In this document: piece by piece, positions 18,932 through 32,000 of the stretch
Position numbering within the stretch: the stretch's first letter is position 1
Layout: every line of letters starts with the position of its first letter
Origin: Methanocaldococcus jannaschii DSM 2661
Lineage (GTDB): Archaea > AGJL01 > Methanococci > Methanococcales > Methanocaldococcaceae
Assembly (NCBI RefSeq): GCF_000091665.1
Contig: NC_000909.1
Location: forward strand, 940,712 to 972,711
Direction: 5' to 3'
DNA length: 32,000 nucleotides
The notes under the pieces: model-generated
Told to the model about the DNA's origin: nothing
The model's input: the letters and a program-made list of their open reading frames with translations, nothing else
Databases searched by the model: none
Position numbers and translations under genes: made by a program

Positions 18932-20902
18932 ATGGGAGATGAATTATTTAAAGAATTTAAAGAACATTCAGTTGCTGAATTTTTTAGGAAAAATAAACAC
19001 ATGCTTGGATACAGTGGAAAAATTAGAAGTTTAACAACTATAATCCATGAATTGGTTACAAACAGCTTAGATGCATGTGAAGAAGCCGGCATTTTGCCAG
19101 ATATAAAAGTTGAGATTGAGAAGTTAGGAGCTGACCACTATAAAGTGGCAGTTGAAGACAACGGTCCTGGAATTCCTTTAGAATTCATCCCAAAGGTATT
19201 TGGAAAGATGTTAGCTGGTTCTAAGATGCATAGGTTTATTCAATCAAGAGGACAGCAGGGAATTGGGGCTGCTGGAGTTCTGCTATTTTCACAAATAACC
19301 ACTGGAAAGCCGTTAAAAATTATAACATCAACTGGAGATGGCAATATCTATGAAGTTGAAGTAAAGATGAATGTTGAGAAAAACGAAGGAGAAATTGTAT
19401 CAAAAAAAGTAAGAAAAGGAAAATGGAGAGGAACAAGAGTAGAGGGAGAGTTTAAAGAAGTTAGCTACAACAGAGGAGAGTTTGGACCTTTTGAATATTT
19501 GAGGAGAATAAGTTTAGCAACACCACACGCAAAAATTGTATTAAAAGACCCTTATGGAGAGGTTGTATTTGATAGGGTTGTTAATGAACTGCCTAAAAAA
19601 CCAGAGGAGATGAAACCTCATCCTTATGGTTTAACTACCGATGAACTATTATATATTGCAAGAAAGACAAAATCAAAGAAAGTTTCTTCAATGCTCGTCT
19701 CTGAACTTTCAAGAGTTACAACAAAAAGAATTAAAGAGCTTATAAATTACATGCTTAGAGATTTAATATTAAAGAAATTTAAAGATAGTGTATTTTGGAA
19801 CATGGTTGTTTCTTGCTATTTAAATATAGATATTGAGAGCTATCTAAATAAATTTAAAGATTATATTACCGATGATGAGATAGAAACCGTTAGAATGTTA
19901 ATTAAAAACCTTCCAGAGAGCTTAGATGAATTAAAGAGATACGCTTTAAAGTATATAACAATGGAATATTTATTTAATAAGCTAAGTGAAGAGGAGATAA
20001 ACAAGTTAAAGAACCACTTTAAGAAGATACCTGAAAACTTTATGGAATGGGCTGAAAAGAACTATTTATCAGCTACAGTTGTTGATGAATTAAACAAAAA
20101 AGTTAAAAATATAGTTAAAAATCCAGAAGAATTTATCGCTGAAATAAAAAATAAAGGACTAATATCTGATGAAGAACTAAAAAAATTTGAGGATGAAGTC
20201 AAAAGCATATTAAATAAAAATCCTAAGGAATTAACTTGGGATGAGGCGGAAATGATTGTTAATTGTCTTCAAAGTATGGAATTTATGGCTCCTCCAACAA
20301 CAGGATTAAGACCTATTGGAGCAGAGAATATAGAAAAATCATTAAAAGAGCTTTTACAGCCAGATTTTGTTAAGGCAATTACGAGAAATCCAAAAACTTA
20401 TAAAGGAGGAATTCCATTCGCTGTTGAAGTTGCTATTGCCTATGGAGGAAACGCTGGGAGGCAGGGAGACGAAGGAAGAAGAATGGAGATTATGAGATTT
20501 GCTAACCACGTTCCTTTGCTGTATGATGCCTCAGCCTGTGGTTTAACTAAGGCAGTTAAGAGTATAAATTGGAAGAGGTATGGGTTGAGAGGAGAAGATG
20601 CACCAATAACAGTGTTTGTTAATCTAATATCTACGTTTATCCCTTACACTTCAGCAGGAAAGCAGGCAGTTGCTTGTAGTGAAAATGAAAATGAAGAAAT
20701 TTATAATGAAATTAGACATGCGTTGATGATTTGTGGTAGAGAATTAGAGAAATATTTATCAAGAATTAGAAGAGAGGCTGAAGAAGAGAAAAAGAGAAAG
20801 TATGTTATGAAGTATGCAAGAATATTTGCTGAGGCATTGGCTAATATATTAAATAAACCAGTTGATGAGATTGAAGAGAAAGTTGTTAAGTTGTTAGAAT
20901 AA
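18932..20902 (+). CDS. top6B: Type 2 DNA topoisomerase VI subunit B (ORF opens at 18842)
   Basis: GHKL ATPase motifs: [55 protein letters not shown]. Confidence 0.97.
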
Positions 20903-20934
20903 ATTTTTATTTTCTTTTCTCTTTTTTAGAATAA

Positions 20935-23146
<2,212 letters not shown>

Positions 23147-23272
23147 ATAATTTTTAATTAATTAAAAGGTATATATAACATTAAATAGTGTAACTATAAT
23201 TATCTGTTATTTTTAAGAATGTTGGCATTGTTTATCTTGTTTATCATTATTTGCCTATGAGAGGGAGTAAGG

Positions 23273-24373
23273 ATGGAAAAGGAAGGAGTAAAAAATTATC
23301 TTGTTCTTGTTGTTGATATTGATGACGATATTGGAAGAAAAGCTGGTCTAAACACACCAATTTTAGGTAGGGAGGAAAACATAAAGGCATTGATAAAATT
23401 AGGTTTGGCAGACCCTGGAGATAGCGATGTTAATGCAATTCTTGGAGGGGTTAAGATTTACGATGAGTTAAAAGCAAGTGGAAAAGATGTTGAAATAGCT
23501 ACAATTTCTGGAGATGTTGATGTTGAATCAGAGAAATGTGCATTGAGAATAAAGGAGCAGATAGACTTTTTGTTATATCTGTATAATCCAGATTTTATTT
23601 ATTTGGTATCTGATGGAAAAGAGGATGAGATGATTTTAAAATACTTGGAGTCAAAAAATATTTTTGTGTGGAAGAAGAGAGTTATAGTTAAGCAGAGTGA
23701 AACCTTAGAATCCACTTATTATTTAATCCAAGAGTTTATTAAAAAGACCATGGAAGAATATATCCCATTAATTTTAACATTTATTGGATTTTCTTTAATA
23801 TTGTATGCGATATTTGCAGATATAGGTTGGAGAATTGTTGTTGGAATTATTGGGTTATATATATTATCGGAAGGAGTGGGTGTTAGAAAGTTATTAATGG
23901 AGAAAATTAAAAAGAAAGAAGAGTTTGATGTAGGGAGGGTTTTTCCTATCTCTGCATCTATATCTATATTTATTTTAATTATTGGACTAATATACTCATT
24001 AAGTTCTATTAATAAAACTTCATCAACACTTACAGAATTTATAGGAGAATTTTTATTGCACTTTGTGGATTCTTTAACACTTTCATTGTTGATTTTAATG
24101 GTTGGGAAATTTGTAGATACCATTATCAACTCAGAAAAAGACCTTTTAGAAATACTTAAAAAGTATTTTTTCTGTTTGATATGTATATTCATATCGAGAG
24201 AACTGATTATTTCTGGTGGGGAATACCTACTAAAAAAGATAAGCTTTATAATGTTTGTTATGTGTGTTATAATTTACATATCTATTGTTATTATTCTTTC
24301 AGTTATCCTATTTACAAAAAGTTCAAAAGAAGATAAATTCAAAAAATTAAAAAATAGCATCACAAAGGGCTAA
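23273..24373 (+). CDS. DUF373-like membrane protein
   Basis: Starts LVLVVDIDDDIGRKAGLNTPILGREENIKALIKLGLADPGDSDVNAI; multiple C-terminal TM segments. Confidence 0.8.
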   Translation: MEKEGVKNYLVLVVDIDDDIGRKAGLNTPILGREENIKALIKLGLADPGDSDVNAILGGVKIYDELKASGKDVEIATISGDVDVESEKCALRIKEQIDFLLYLYNPDFIYLVSDGKEDEMILKYLESKNIFVWKKRVIVKQSETLESTYYLIQEFIKKTMEEYIPLILTFIGFSLILYAIFADIGWRIVVGIIGLYILSEGVGVRKLLMEKIKKKEEFDVGRVFPISASISIFILIIGLIYSLSSINKTSSTLTEFIGEFLLHFVDSLTLSLLILMVGKFVDTIINSEKDLLEILKKYFFCLICIFISRELIISGGEYLLKKISFIMFVMCVIIYISIVIILSVILFTKSSKEDKFKKLKNSITKG

Positions 24374-24374
24374 T

Positions 24375-25328
24375 ATGATTACGGTAATTGCTATAGCTAA
24401 AGATGGCAGTATTGTCGAGCCAAAACTTGATGAAATTAGCTTTGAAGATTATAGACTTATTTGGATTGATTGTTATGACCCAAAAGATGAAGAGCTATAT
24501 AAACTCTCTAAAAAAATTGGTATTTCTGTCTCTGATTTACAAATTGGTTTAGATGAGCAGGAAATTCCAAGGGTAGAGGAAGATGAGGACTTTTACTTAA
24601 TTATTTACAAAGCTCCATTATTTGAAGAGGATATTACAACAACATCCTTAGGTATCTATATTAAGAATAACCTCCTACTAACAATCCACTCGGATAAAAT
24701 AAAGGCTATTGGAAGATTGCATAAATTAATATCAACAAAAAAACCAAGAATTGTATTTGAAAGAGGAATTGGCTTTTTATTATACCATATATTAAATGAG
24801 ATTACAAGGAGTTATTCAAGAATTTTAATGAATTTAGAAGATGAGTTGGAGGAGTTGGAGGATAAATTATTAGCTGGCTATGACAGAGAGGTTATGGAAA
24901 AAATTTTAGGATTAAGAAAAACTTTGGTTTATTTTCATAAATCTTTAATAGCTAATAGGGATGTCTTAGTTTTATTAAAGAGAAAGTATCTTCCAATAAC
25001 CACAAAAGAAGACAGAGAGAACTTTGAAGACCTTTACTACGACACTTTACAGTTAATTGATATGTCAGCAACCTATAGAGAGGTTTTAACCTCAATGATG
25101 GATATAACCCTCTCATTAGAAAATATAAAGATGAACCAAATTATGAAAATCCTAACTATGGTTACGACAATTTTCGCTGTTCCCATGTGGATTACTGGAA
25201 TATACGGGATGAACTTCTCTTATTTACCTTTAGCAAACAACCCTCAAGGTTTTTGGCTTGTAATGGCTTTGATGGTTGTAATAATTATGATATTTGTCTA
25301 TATATTTAGAAGGTCAGGATGGATTTAG
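24375..25328 (+). CDS. corA: CorA family Mg2+/Co2+ transporter
   Basis: C-terminal FAVPMWITGIYGMNFSYLP (GMN signature) with two TMs. Confidence 0.93.
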   Translation: MITVIAIAKDGSIVEPKLDEISFEDYRLIWIDCYDPKDEELYKLSKKIGISVSDLQIGLDEQEIPRVEEDEDFYLIIYKAPLFEEDITTTSLGIYIKNNLLLTIHSDKIKAIGRLHKLISTKKPRIVFERGIGFLLYHILNEITRSYSRILMNLEDELEELEDKLLAGYDREVMEKILGLRKTLVYFHKSLIANRDVLVLLKRKYLPITTKEDRENFEDLYYDTLQLIDMSATYREVLTSMMDITLSLENIKMNQIMKILTMVTTIFAVPMWITGIYGMNFSYLPLANNPQGFWLVMALMVVIIMIFVYIFRRSGWI

Positions 25329-25337
25329 AGGGAGAAA

Positions 25338-25601
25338 ATGATTATATGGCCATCTTATATAGATAAAAAGAAAAGTAGGAGAGAAGGAAGAAAAGTTCCA
25401 GAAGAGTTAGCTATAGAAAAGCCATCTTTAAAGGATATTGAAAAGGCATTAAAAAAACTTGGCTTAGAACCAAAGATTTATAGGGATAAAAGATACCCAA
25501 GACAACATTGGGAGATATGTGGATGTGTAGAGGTTGATTATAAAGGAAATAAACTGCAGTTACTAAAAGAGATTTGCAAAATAATAAAAGGAAAAAATTA
25601 A
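25338..25601 (+). CDS. srp19: Signal recognition particle 19 kDa protein
   Basis: IIWPSYIDKKKSRREGRKVPEELAIEKPS...RQHWEICGCVEV, classic SRP19. Confidence 0.95.
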   Translation: MIIWPSYIDKKKSRREGRKVPEELAIEKPSLKDIEKALKKLGLEPKIYRDKRYPRQHWEICGCVEVDYKGNKLQLLKEICKIIKGKN

Positions 25602-25623
25602 AATAGAATTAAAAAGGATTAAT

Positions 25624-26457
25624 TTATTCTGGTTTCTCCATTAATGCTTTTTTGCTCAATCTCTTTCCTTCTGGGTGATGTGGTTTTCTACTAACAGCAT
25701 CCATTGCTTTTTCTAACTCTCTTGCTTCATCTACCAACTTAGCGGCATATCTAATCATTTCATGAGCAGAGGCAACGATTGGGATATATTTCTCTGCCTC
25801 TTTTGTCATGAAACAACCTTTAACATCAACATCTCCAACCTTCTCAGCAATTGTAAATGCAGCCATGGCCTTTGCCTTTGCGTAAGGGTTTGTGAATTCC
25901 ATAGCTTCAACTGCCTTCTGTTCTGTAATAACAATCTTTGGTAATTCTATTTCTTTGCCCTCTTTAACTGCGTCAATCATCTTATCAATTGCCTCTTGAA
26001 CGATTCTTAAAGCTCCAGTTCCAGCTAAAACCCTTATAACATCTGCATTGAATAATGCCATTTCAACAGGGTCTAAAAACTCCCTTCTTGCACCAATCAT
26101 TGGGTCACATTTTATAATTATGTATCCTAAACCTTGCTGTTCCATCTCATCCTTAACTCTTAATCCTGGAGCGTCTCCAATAATCACTGCAGGAATTCCA
26201 CTTTGACTTAAAATTTCTCTTGCCTTCTTAGGCCCTGGAGCGGCTGGATTTGGACCTATGTAGATGATGAAGTCTGGCTTAACTTCCTCAACCATCTTCT
26301 TTGTTACCTCTTCAACTGATTCTGGGTCCATCTTTGCCCCACTACCTAAGACTCTAACTGCTATATCCTTTCTATCTGCTCTCTCATCTAATGCTAAATC
26401 AACAACTGGGGACATTCCTATGTTACCACACTTTATTATTCCTATTTTTACGACCAA
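25624..26457 (-). CDS. mtd: F420-dependent methylenetetrahydromethanopterin dehydrogenase
   Basis: VVKIGIIKCGNIGMSPVVDLALDERADR; PNPAAPGPKKAREIL. Confidence 0.97.
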   Translation of the reverse strand: MVVKIGIIKCGNIGMSPVVDLALDERADRKDIAVRVLGSGAKMDPESVEEVTKKMVEEVKPDFIIYIGPNPAAPGPKKAREILSQSGIPAVIIGDAPGLRVKDEMEQQGLGYIIIKCDPMIGARREFLDPVEMALFNADVIRVLAGTGALRIVQEAIDKMIDAVKEGKEIELPKIVITEQKAVEAMEFTNPYAKAKAMAAFTIAEKVGDVDVKGCFMTKEAEKYIPIVASAHEMIRYAAKLVDEARELEKAMDAVSRKPHHPEGKRLSKKALMEKPE

Positions 26458-26865
26458 GTTATCACCTTTTTTATTACTTAATAGGGATATTAGTATTATC
26501 CAAGCTTATCCAATAAATATCTTACTACTTATTTGGAATATTCACCTGATATATAATATCTTTAGATTTTGTTATTAAAAAATAATAACTATTATTTTTA
26601 TTTAAGTTATATATTAGAAAATCTAATAACTATAAATGACTATAAATATGAGAATAGTCAGAAATTAACATTAATAACCAAAGTTTTAGCTTTTGTATAA
26701 TTGCTTCATGGGCATAAATGAGTTAGGGCTATATTCTACAAATATTAATTAATTATACAATTTGAATTTTTAAATTAACAAAAATAAAATAATGTGAATG
26801 ATATTAACGTTTAAATCCGGTTTTTGTTGGAATATTATTAATATAAGATAAAATATAAAATTTAG

Positions 26866-27567
26866 GTGTCAAACATGGTTGAGGTTCCAATATTTATTGC
26901 AATTCTAAGCTTTATTGTCATGTGTATTGGCGAGCTTTTAGCTTACTACTCAGTATCTTTAAAATATAAATATGAATTTGAGGCAATTTCCTTTGGATTT
27001 ATATTTGGAGTGGCAACTCTAATATTAATTCCAAAATCATACTCCAACATGTTTGTGTTATATGTAATTTTGGGGATGATTACAGTCTATCTTATTGAAA
27101 AATATTTAGCATACTGCCCATTATCAAAAAAATATTGTGTAGAGTGTGACAACTTAGAAGAAAATAGGATTAAGTTTATTTATCCAATATCCTTCTTTAT
27201 CCACACATTTATAGATGGGTTGATAATTGCTGTATCATATATAAGTGAGATAGGGCTTCCTTTGTATCTTGCTATATTGATGCATAAACTCCCAGCTGGA
27301 TTTGTTTTGATATCTCCACTAAAAGGTGTCTATAAGAATCCTCTCTATCCAGGGGTTTTTGTGTCATTTGGAACAGTCCTTGGCACTATAGTTGGATTGG
27401 TGACTTTAAAGGATGTATCTACAAAGATACTGTTGGCATTCTCTGGAGGGGTGTTTTTAGGAGCGTTTCTTATGCTTGCTCCTCATATCTATGAGCATAA
27501 AGAGGAAAAAACGTTCTTATATATTCTATTGGGCTATATATTGGTTGGAATCATTGCATTGCATTAA
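26866..27567 (+). CDS. ZIP-like metal transporter
   Basis: FFIHTFIDGLIIAVSY and ILMHKLPAGFVLISPL (HxxxD/HKxPxG signatures), ~8 TM. Confidence 0.72.
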   Translation: MSNMVEVPIFIAILSFIVMCIGELLAYYSVSLKYKYEFEAISFGFIFGVATLILIPKSYSNMFVLYVILGMITVYLIEKYLAYCPLSKKYCVECDNLEENRIKFIYPISFFIHTFIDGLIIAVSYISEIGLPLYLAILMHKLPAGFVLISPLKGVYKNPLYPGVFVSFGTVLGTIVGLVTLKDVSTKILLAFSGGVFLGAFLMLAPHIYEHKEEKTFLYILLGYILVGIIALH

Positions 27568-27629
27568 GTTCAAAACGTATAAGTATTACTACCAAATACT
27601 ATTTCAGAAGCTAAAATTATCTTTTTGGG

Positions 27630-28844
27630 GTGTCCATCTTGAAGAAATACAAAGACATGTATCCAGATGAAAATGGAAAGTTTGGCATTTACGGAGGTAA
27701 ATTTGTTCCAGAAACATTGATGCCAGCCATAGCTGAATTGGAAGAAGCATTTAAGAGATTTTGGATAAACAATGAAGGAAACTTTAGAGAAGAGTTCTAT
27801 GCTTTATTGAGGGATTACGTTGGAAGACCAACACCATTATATTATGCTGAGAGATTGAGTGAAGAACTTGGTTGTAAAGTTTATTTAAAGAGAGAAGATT
27901 TAGCACACTTAGGAGCTCATAAAATAAACAACGCCTTAGGACAAGCTTTGTTAGCTAAAAAGATGGGTAAAAAGAGAGTTATAGCTGAAACTGGAGCTGG
28001 ACAGCATGGAGTTGCTACTGCAGCAGCATGTGCAAAGCTTGGATTAGAATGCATAATATACATGGGAGCTAAAGACGTTGAAAGGCAAAAATTAAATGTT
28101 TTTAGGATGGAGTTGATGGGAGCTAAGGTTATTCCAGTATTTGGAGGCTCACAGACATTAAAAGATGCTGTAAATGAAGCTTTGAGAGATTGGACAACCA
28201 ACGTTAGAACTACCTACTATTTGCTTGGTTCTGCCTTAGGACCTCATCCATACCCAATGATGGTTAGAGAATTCCAAAGAGTTATTGGTAAAGAACTTAA
28301 AGAGCAGATATTAGAAAAAGAGGGAAGATTGCCAGATGTTATCGTTGCATGTGTTGGAGGAGGAAGTAATGCAATAGGGGCATTTTATGAGTTTTTGGAT
28401 GATGACGTAGAGCTTTACGCTGTTGAGGCTGGAGGTAAAGGGATAGAAACTGGAATGCATGGAGCTTCATTATGTGCTGGAGAGGTTGGAGTTTTGCATG
28501 GAGCTAAGATTTATGTTAAAGAGGATGAGTTTGGGCAGATAGAAGAAAGTTACAGTATTTCAGCAGGTTTAGATTATCCTGGAGTAGGACCTGAGCTTTC
28601 ATTTTTAAAGGATGAGGGAAGGATTAAAGCAGTTTGTGTAACTGATGACGAAGCTTTAGAGGCATTTCAATTGCTATGTAGGTTAGAAGGTATTTTACCA
28701 GCATTGGAAAGTTCTCATGCCTTAGCTTATGCTGTTAAATTGGCTGATAAATTAGATAAAGATGATATAATGGTTATTAATTTGTCTGGAAGAGGGGATA
28801 AGGACGTTCAGACTGTTGCTAAGGCATTGGGAAGGGAGATTTAA
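27630..28844 (+). CDS. trpB: Tryptophan synthase beta chain
   Basis: [32 protein letters not shown] (PLP lysine), [20 protein letters not shown]. Confidence 0.98.
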   Translation: MSILKKYKDMYPDENGKFGIYGGKFVPETLMPAIAELEEAFKRFWINNEGNFREEFYALLRDYVGRPTPLYYAERLSEELGCKVYLKREDLAHLGAHKINNALGQALLAKKMGKKRVIAETGAGQHGVATAAACAKLGLECIIYMGAKDVERQKLNVFRMELMGAKVIPVFGGSQTLKDAVNEALRDWTTNVRTTYYLLGSALGPHPYPMMVREFQRVIGKELKEQILEKEGRLPDVIVACVGGGSNAIGAFYEFLDDDVELYAVEAGGKGIETGMHGASLCAGEVGVLHGAKIYVKEDEFGQIEESYSISAGLDYPGVGPELSFLKDEGRIKAVCVTDDEALEAFQLLCRLEGILPALESSHALAYAVKLADKLDKDDIMVINLSGRGDKDVQTVAKALGREI

Positions 28845-28867
28845 AGACATATTCGATTACTTGAGAC

Positions 28868-28997
28868 AATCTTAAGAGACATTAAAGGGACTAAAAGCCC
28901 TTTAATGTATCCGTTCTGGTCAAGACACCATAGGACTTCGCCCTATTGGGATACCCATTTAAATTAAGATTTTGATCAACCTTTTCTAAAAAGGTTG
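28868..28997 (+). promoter_or_regulatory. Structured trpB-trpA intergenic region (possible RNA leader)
   Basis: Outer 8-bp stem AATCTTAA/TTAAGATT (28868-28875/28964-28971). It encloses an 11-bp perfect stem ACATTAAAGGG/CCCTTTAATGT (28879-28889/28898-28908) and a smaller ATAGG/CCTAT hairpin. These are followed by the 9-bp CAACCTTTT-CTA-AAAAGGTTG hairpin (28977-28997). Confidence 0.55.
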
Positions 28998-29029
28998 TTC
29001 GGGCAGCTTTTACTAAAAAGTTGGAGTGG

Positions 29030-29875
29030 ATGATTATGAAATTAGCAGAAAAATTTGAAGAGTTAAAAAACAAAGGAGAAAAGGCATTTGTTGCATTTTA
29101 TGTGGGAGGAGACCCAAACTTGGAAATTTCAGAAAAGGCATTAGAAGTTATTTGTAAGCATGCTGATATTGTTGAGATAGGTATTCCATTTTCTGACCCT
29201 GTTGCAGATGGAATTACAATACAAAAAGCAGATGTTAGAGCTTTAAACAGTGGCATGAATCCATTGAAGGCATTTGAGTTGGCTAAAAAATTGAATGAAA
29301 AAGCTCCAAATGTTCCAAAGGTGTTCTTAACCTACTATAACATAATATTTAAGATGGGAGAGGAGGAGTTCGTTAAAAAATGTAAAGAGGCTGGAGTTTC
29401 TGGGATTATAGTTCCAGATTTGCCAATTGAAGAGGCTGATAGCTTATACAATTACTGTAAAAAGTATGGAGTTGATTTAATATTTTTAGTTGCCCCAACA
29501 ACACCTGATGAAAGGTTAAAGAAAATTTTAGAAAAGTGTAGTGGGTTTGTTTATGTTGTTTCTGTAACTGGGATTACTGGAGCGAGAGAGAAAGTAGCTG
29601 AAGAGACGAAAGAGTTAATTAAGAGAGTTAAAAAGTTTTCAAAAATCCCTGCCTGTGTAGGGTTTGGAATCTCAAAGAGGGAGCATGTTGAGGAAATAAC
29701 TGAAATAGCTGATGGAGCTATTGTAGGAAGTGCGATTGTTAAGATTGTTGAAAAACATTTAGATGAGAATGGACAAATAAAGGATGAGGAAAAATTCCTA
29801 AAGGAGTTGGAGGAGTTTGTTAAAAATCTAAAGGAAGGGACTAAAAAGAAGGCTAAAGTAGCTATAAAAAATTAA
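29030..29875 (+). CDS. trpA: Tryptophan synthase alpha chain (start at 29030 or 29036; ORF opens at 29021)
   Basis: FVAFYVGGDPNLE, ADIVEIGIPFSDPVADGITIQ, GISKREHVEEI, ADGAIVGSAIVK. Confidence 0.97.
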   Translation: MIMKLAEKFEELKNKGEKAFVAFYVGGDPNLEISEKALEVICKHADIVEIGIPFSDPVADGITIQKADVRALNSGMNPLKAFELAKKLNEKAPNVPKVFLTYYNIIFKMGEEEFVKKCKEAGVSGIIVPDLPIEEADSLYNYCKKYGVDLIFLVAPTTPDERLKKILEKCSGFVYVVSVTGITGAREKVAEETKELIKRVKKFSKIPACVGFGISKREHVEEITEIADGAIVGSAIVKIVEKHLDENGQIKDEEKFLKELEEFVKNLKEGTKKKAKVAIKN

Positions 29876-30049
29876 CAGAATATTCAAATAAAGAAATATT
29901 TTTATAGGACAATAAAAGTAAAAAATAAATATGAGAAAAAAATATTTGTAAGGATGCATCACATTTATTACATCATTACCTTGAGTCTCTCTTTTAACCT
30001 AATTTTTGTCATTAATTATATTTAAACAAAATGGTAGGGAGGAGTAACC

Positions 30050-30286
30050 TTGAAGGTCACAGACCACATACTGGTTCCAAAGCATGAAATAGTTCCAAAA
30101 GAAGAAGTTGAGGAGATTTTGAAGAGATACAATATAAAGATTCAGCAACTACCAAAAATTTATGAAGACGACCCTGTTATTCAGGAAATTGGAGCTAAAG
30201 AAGGAGATGTTGTTAGAGTAATTAGAAAAAGTCCAACGGCTGGAGTTAGTATAGCTTATAGATTAGTTATTAAAAGGATTATTTAA
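30050..30286 (+). CDS. rpoH: Archaeal RNA polymerase subunit H
   Basis: DHILVPKHEIVPKEEVEEILKRYNI...LPKIYEDDPVIQEIGAKEGDVVRVIRKSPTAG. Confidence 0.97.
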   Translation: MKVTDHILVPKHEIVPKEEVEEILKRYNIKIQQLPKIYEDDPVIQEIGAKEGDVVRVIRKSPTAGVSIAYRLVIKRII

Positions 30287-30302
30287 AAAATAGGTGGCAA
30301 TT

Positions 30303-31790
30303 ATGAGAGAATTAGTAGATGCTTATTTTAAAGAACATGGTTTAATAGACCACCAGATAGAGTCATACAACGATTTTGTAGAAAATAGATTACAAAAAAT
30401 TATTGATGAAGTTGGATATATTGAAACAGAGATTACTGGAGGGTATAAAGTTAAATTAGGGAAAATTAAAGTAGGAAAACCAGTTATTAAAGAAGCTGAT
30501 GGTTCAATAAGACCAATAACTCCAATGGAAGCAAGAATCAGAGATTTAACATATTCAGTTCCATTATATTTAGAAATGACCCCTATTATTGGTGAAGGAG
30601 AAGATGCAAGGGAAGGGGAAACTGTTGAAGTTTATATCGGAGAACTTCCAGTAATGCTTGGTTCAAAAATCTGCCACTTGTATGGAAAATCAAGAGAAGA
30701 GCTTATAGACCTGGGAGAAGACCCTGAAGACCCATTTGGCTATTTTATAATTAATGGAACTGAAAAAGTATTAATTACTCAGGAAGATTTAATTCCAAAT
30801 AGAATTTTATGTGAGAAGGCAGAGAGAAGTGGAAAGATAGTAGATGTTGCAAAAGTGTTTTCAACAAGACACGGATTTAGGGCTTTATGTACTGTTGAAA
30901 GACATCCAGATGGTTTGTTGTATGCTACATTCCCTGGAATGCCTGGGCAGATACCATTGGTTATATTAATGAAAGCACTTGGGGCTGAGACAGATAAAGA
31001 TATCATTGAGTCAATTGATGATGAAAGATTCTTTATGGAGATTGTTTTAAACATTCAAGAGATTAGGGAAGAGCATAACATAAACTCCCCTGAAGATGCT
31101 TTGGAGTTTATTGGAAAGAGAGTAGCTCCAGGGCAGGCAAAGGATTATAGATTAAAGAGAGCAGAAACAGTTTTATGTAACTATTTACTGCCCCATTTAG
31201 GAGTTACAAAAGAAGATTTCCCAAAGAAAATTAGGTTCTTAGGAATAATGGCAAGAAACGCTTTAGAACTTTACTTTGGATATAGAGGAGAAGATGATAA
31301 AGACCACTACGCATATAAAAGAGCTAAATTAGCTGGGGACTTAATGGAAGATTTGTTTAGATATGCGTTTAGCCAACTTGTTAAGGATATAAAATATCAA
31401 TTAGAGAGACAAACATTAAGGAACAAAACTCCTTCAATTCAAGCTGCTGTAAGGAGCGATATATTAACCGAGAGAATTAAACACGCTATGGCAACAGGAA
31501 CATGGGTTGGAGGAAAAACTGGGGTTAGCCAGCTCTTAGATAGAACAAGTTACTTAGCAACAAACTCTCAATTGAGGAGAATAGTTTCACCATTATCAAG
31601 GTCACAGCCACACTTTGAAGCGAGAGAACTGCATGGAACTCATTGGGGTAAAATCTGCCCTTCAGAAACTCCAGAAGGTCCAAACTGTGGTCTTGTTAAA
31701 AACTTTGCTATAATGTGTAAAGTTACAAGAGAAGAAGATGATAGCAAAGTTATTGAGCTATTAAAATCCTTTGGAATAAATGTTTCTTAA
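30303..31790 (+). CDS. rpoB2: RNA polymerase subunit B''
   Basis: MRELVDAYFKEHGLIDHQIESYNDFVENRLQKI; KVLITQEDLIPNRI; HWGKICPSETPEGPNCGLVKN. Confidence 0.97.
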   Translation: MRELVDAYFKEHGLIDHQIESYNDFVENRLQKIIDEVGYIETEITGGYKVKLGKIKVGKPVIKEADGSIRPITPMEARIRDLTYSVPLYLEMTPIIGEGEDAREGETVEVYIGELPVMLGSKICHLYGKSREELIDLGEDPEDPFGYFIINGTEKVLITQEDLIPNRILCEKAERSGKIVDVAKVFSTRHGFRALCTVERHPDGLLYATFPGMPGQIPLVILMKALGAETDKDIIESIDDERFFMEIVLNIQEIREEHNINSPEDALEFIGKRVAPGQAKDYRLKRAETVLCNYLLPHLGVTKEDFPKKIRFLGIMARNALELYFGYRGEDDKDHYAYKRAKLAGDLMEDLFRYAFSQLVKDIKYQLERQTLRNKTPSIQAAVRSDILTERIKHAMATGTWVGGKTGVSQLLDRTSYLATNSQLRRIVSPLSRSQPHFEARELHGTHWGKICPSETPEGPNCGLVKNFAIMCKVTREEDDSKVIELLKSFGINVS

Positions 31791-31875
31791 AAGAAACTTT
31801 ATTTATTATGTTTTTTCTGAGTTTTTGTTGATGTTTAATTTTAATCTTTTCAAAATCAATAAAAATCTCTCTTAG

Positions 31876-32000
31876 GTGAAAAACTTGGCATCAAGGGAAG
31901 TAAATATTTATGTTAATGGAAAGTTAGTTGGAACTACAGACAAACCAGAAGAACTTGTTAATTTTATTAGGGAAAAAAGAAGAAAAGGAGAGCTCCCTCA
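31876..32000 (+). CDS. rpoB1: RNA polymerase subunit B' (partial, N-terminus; start codon uncertain)
   Basis: Open frame from the GTG at 31876: VKNLASREVNIYVNGKLVGTTDKPEELVNFIREKRRKGELP, to the window end; follows rpoB'' as in split-B methanogens. Confidence 0.88.
   Translation, partial: MKNLASREVNIYVNGKLVGTTDKPEELVNFIREKRRKGELP

Noticed and set aside
28891-29073. Minus-strand 60-aa ORF across the trp spacer
   Set aside because: Overlaps palindromic spacer and the trpA start; composition reflects hairpin DNA and there is no ribosome-binding context or homology.
30303-32000. RNA polymerase B subunit split into two ORFs as a possible frameshift
   Set aside because: The B''/B' split is a known normal arrangement in methanogens; the ~85-nt spacer and separate start support two genes.

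Overview
AT-rich archaeal chromosomal window. Gene content and order strongly suggest Methanocaldococcus jannaschii or a very close relative; this comes from recalled gene order and protein families, with no database search run. Contents: an edge-truncated archaeal ATPase; a minus-strand phosphate-uptake cluster (pstS-pstC-pstA-pstB plus a broken phoU); a PP-loop ATPase; serA; carA; an HD-domain protein; a GC-rich structured ncRNA candidate; archaeosine synthase (arcS); an ABC exporter pair; L-cysteine desulfidase; thiC; a [NiFe]-hydrogenase large subunit (ehbN-like); top6B; ksgA/rsmA; an archaeal phosphopantetheine adenylyltransferase; an AEC carrier; a DUF373-like protein; a CorA-like transporter; srp19; mtd; a ZIP-like transporter; trpB-trpA; and rpoH-rpoB''-rpoB'. 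The most unusual signal is three ~95-110 bp 'concentric palindromes' at 517-626, 5105-5212 and 12782-12876. Each has perfect 15-17 bp outer inverted arms, and a smaller perfect hairpin sits at the same centre to within 0.5 nt. The outer arm sequences differ between elements, but two elements share a GAACGCC...GGCGTTC core. One interrupts the phoU-like gene and one lies in frame inside arcS. A further in-frame double hairpin lies in the edge ATPase gene.
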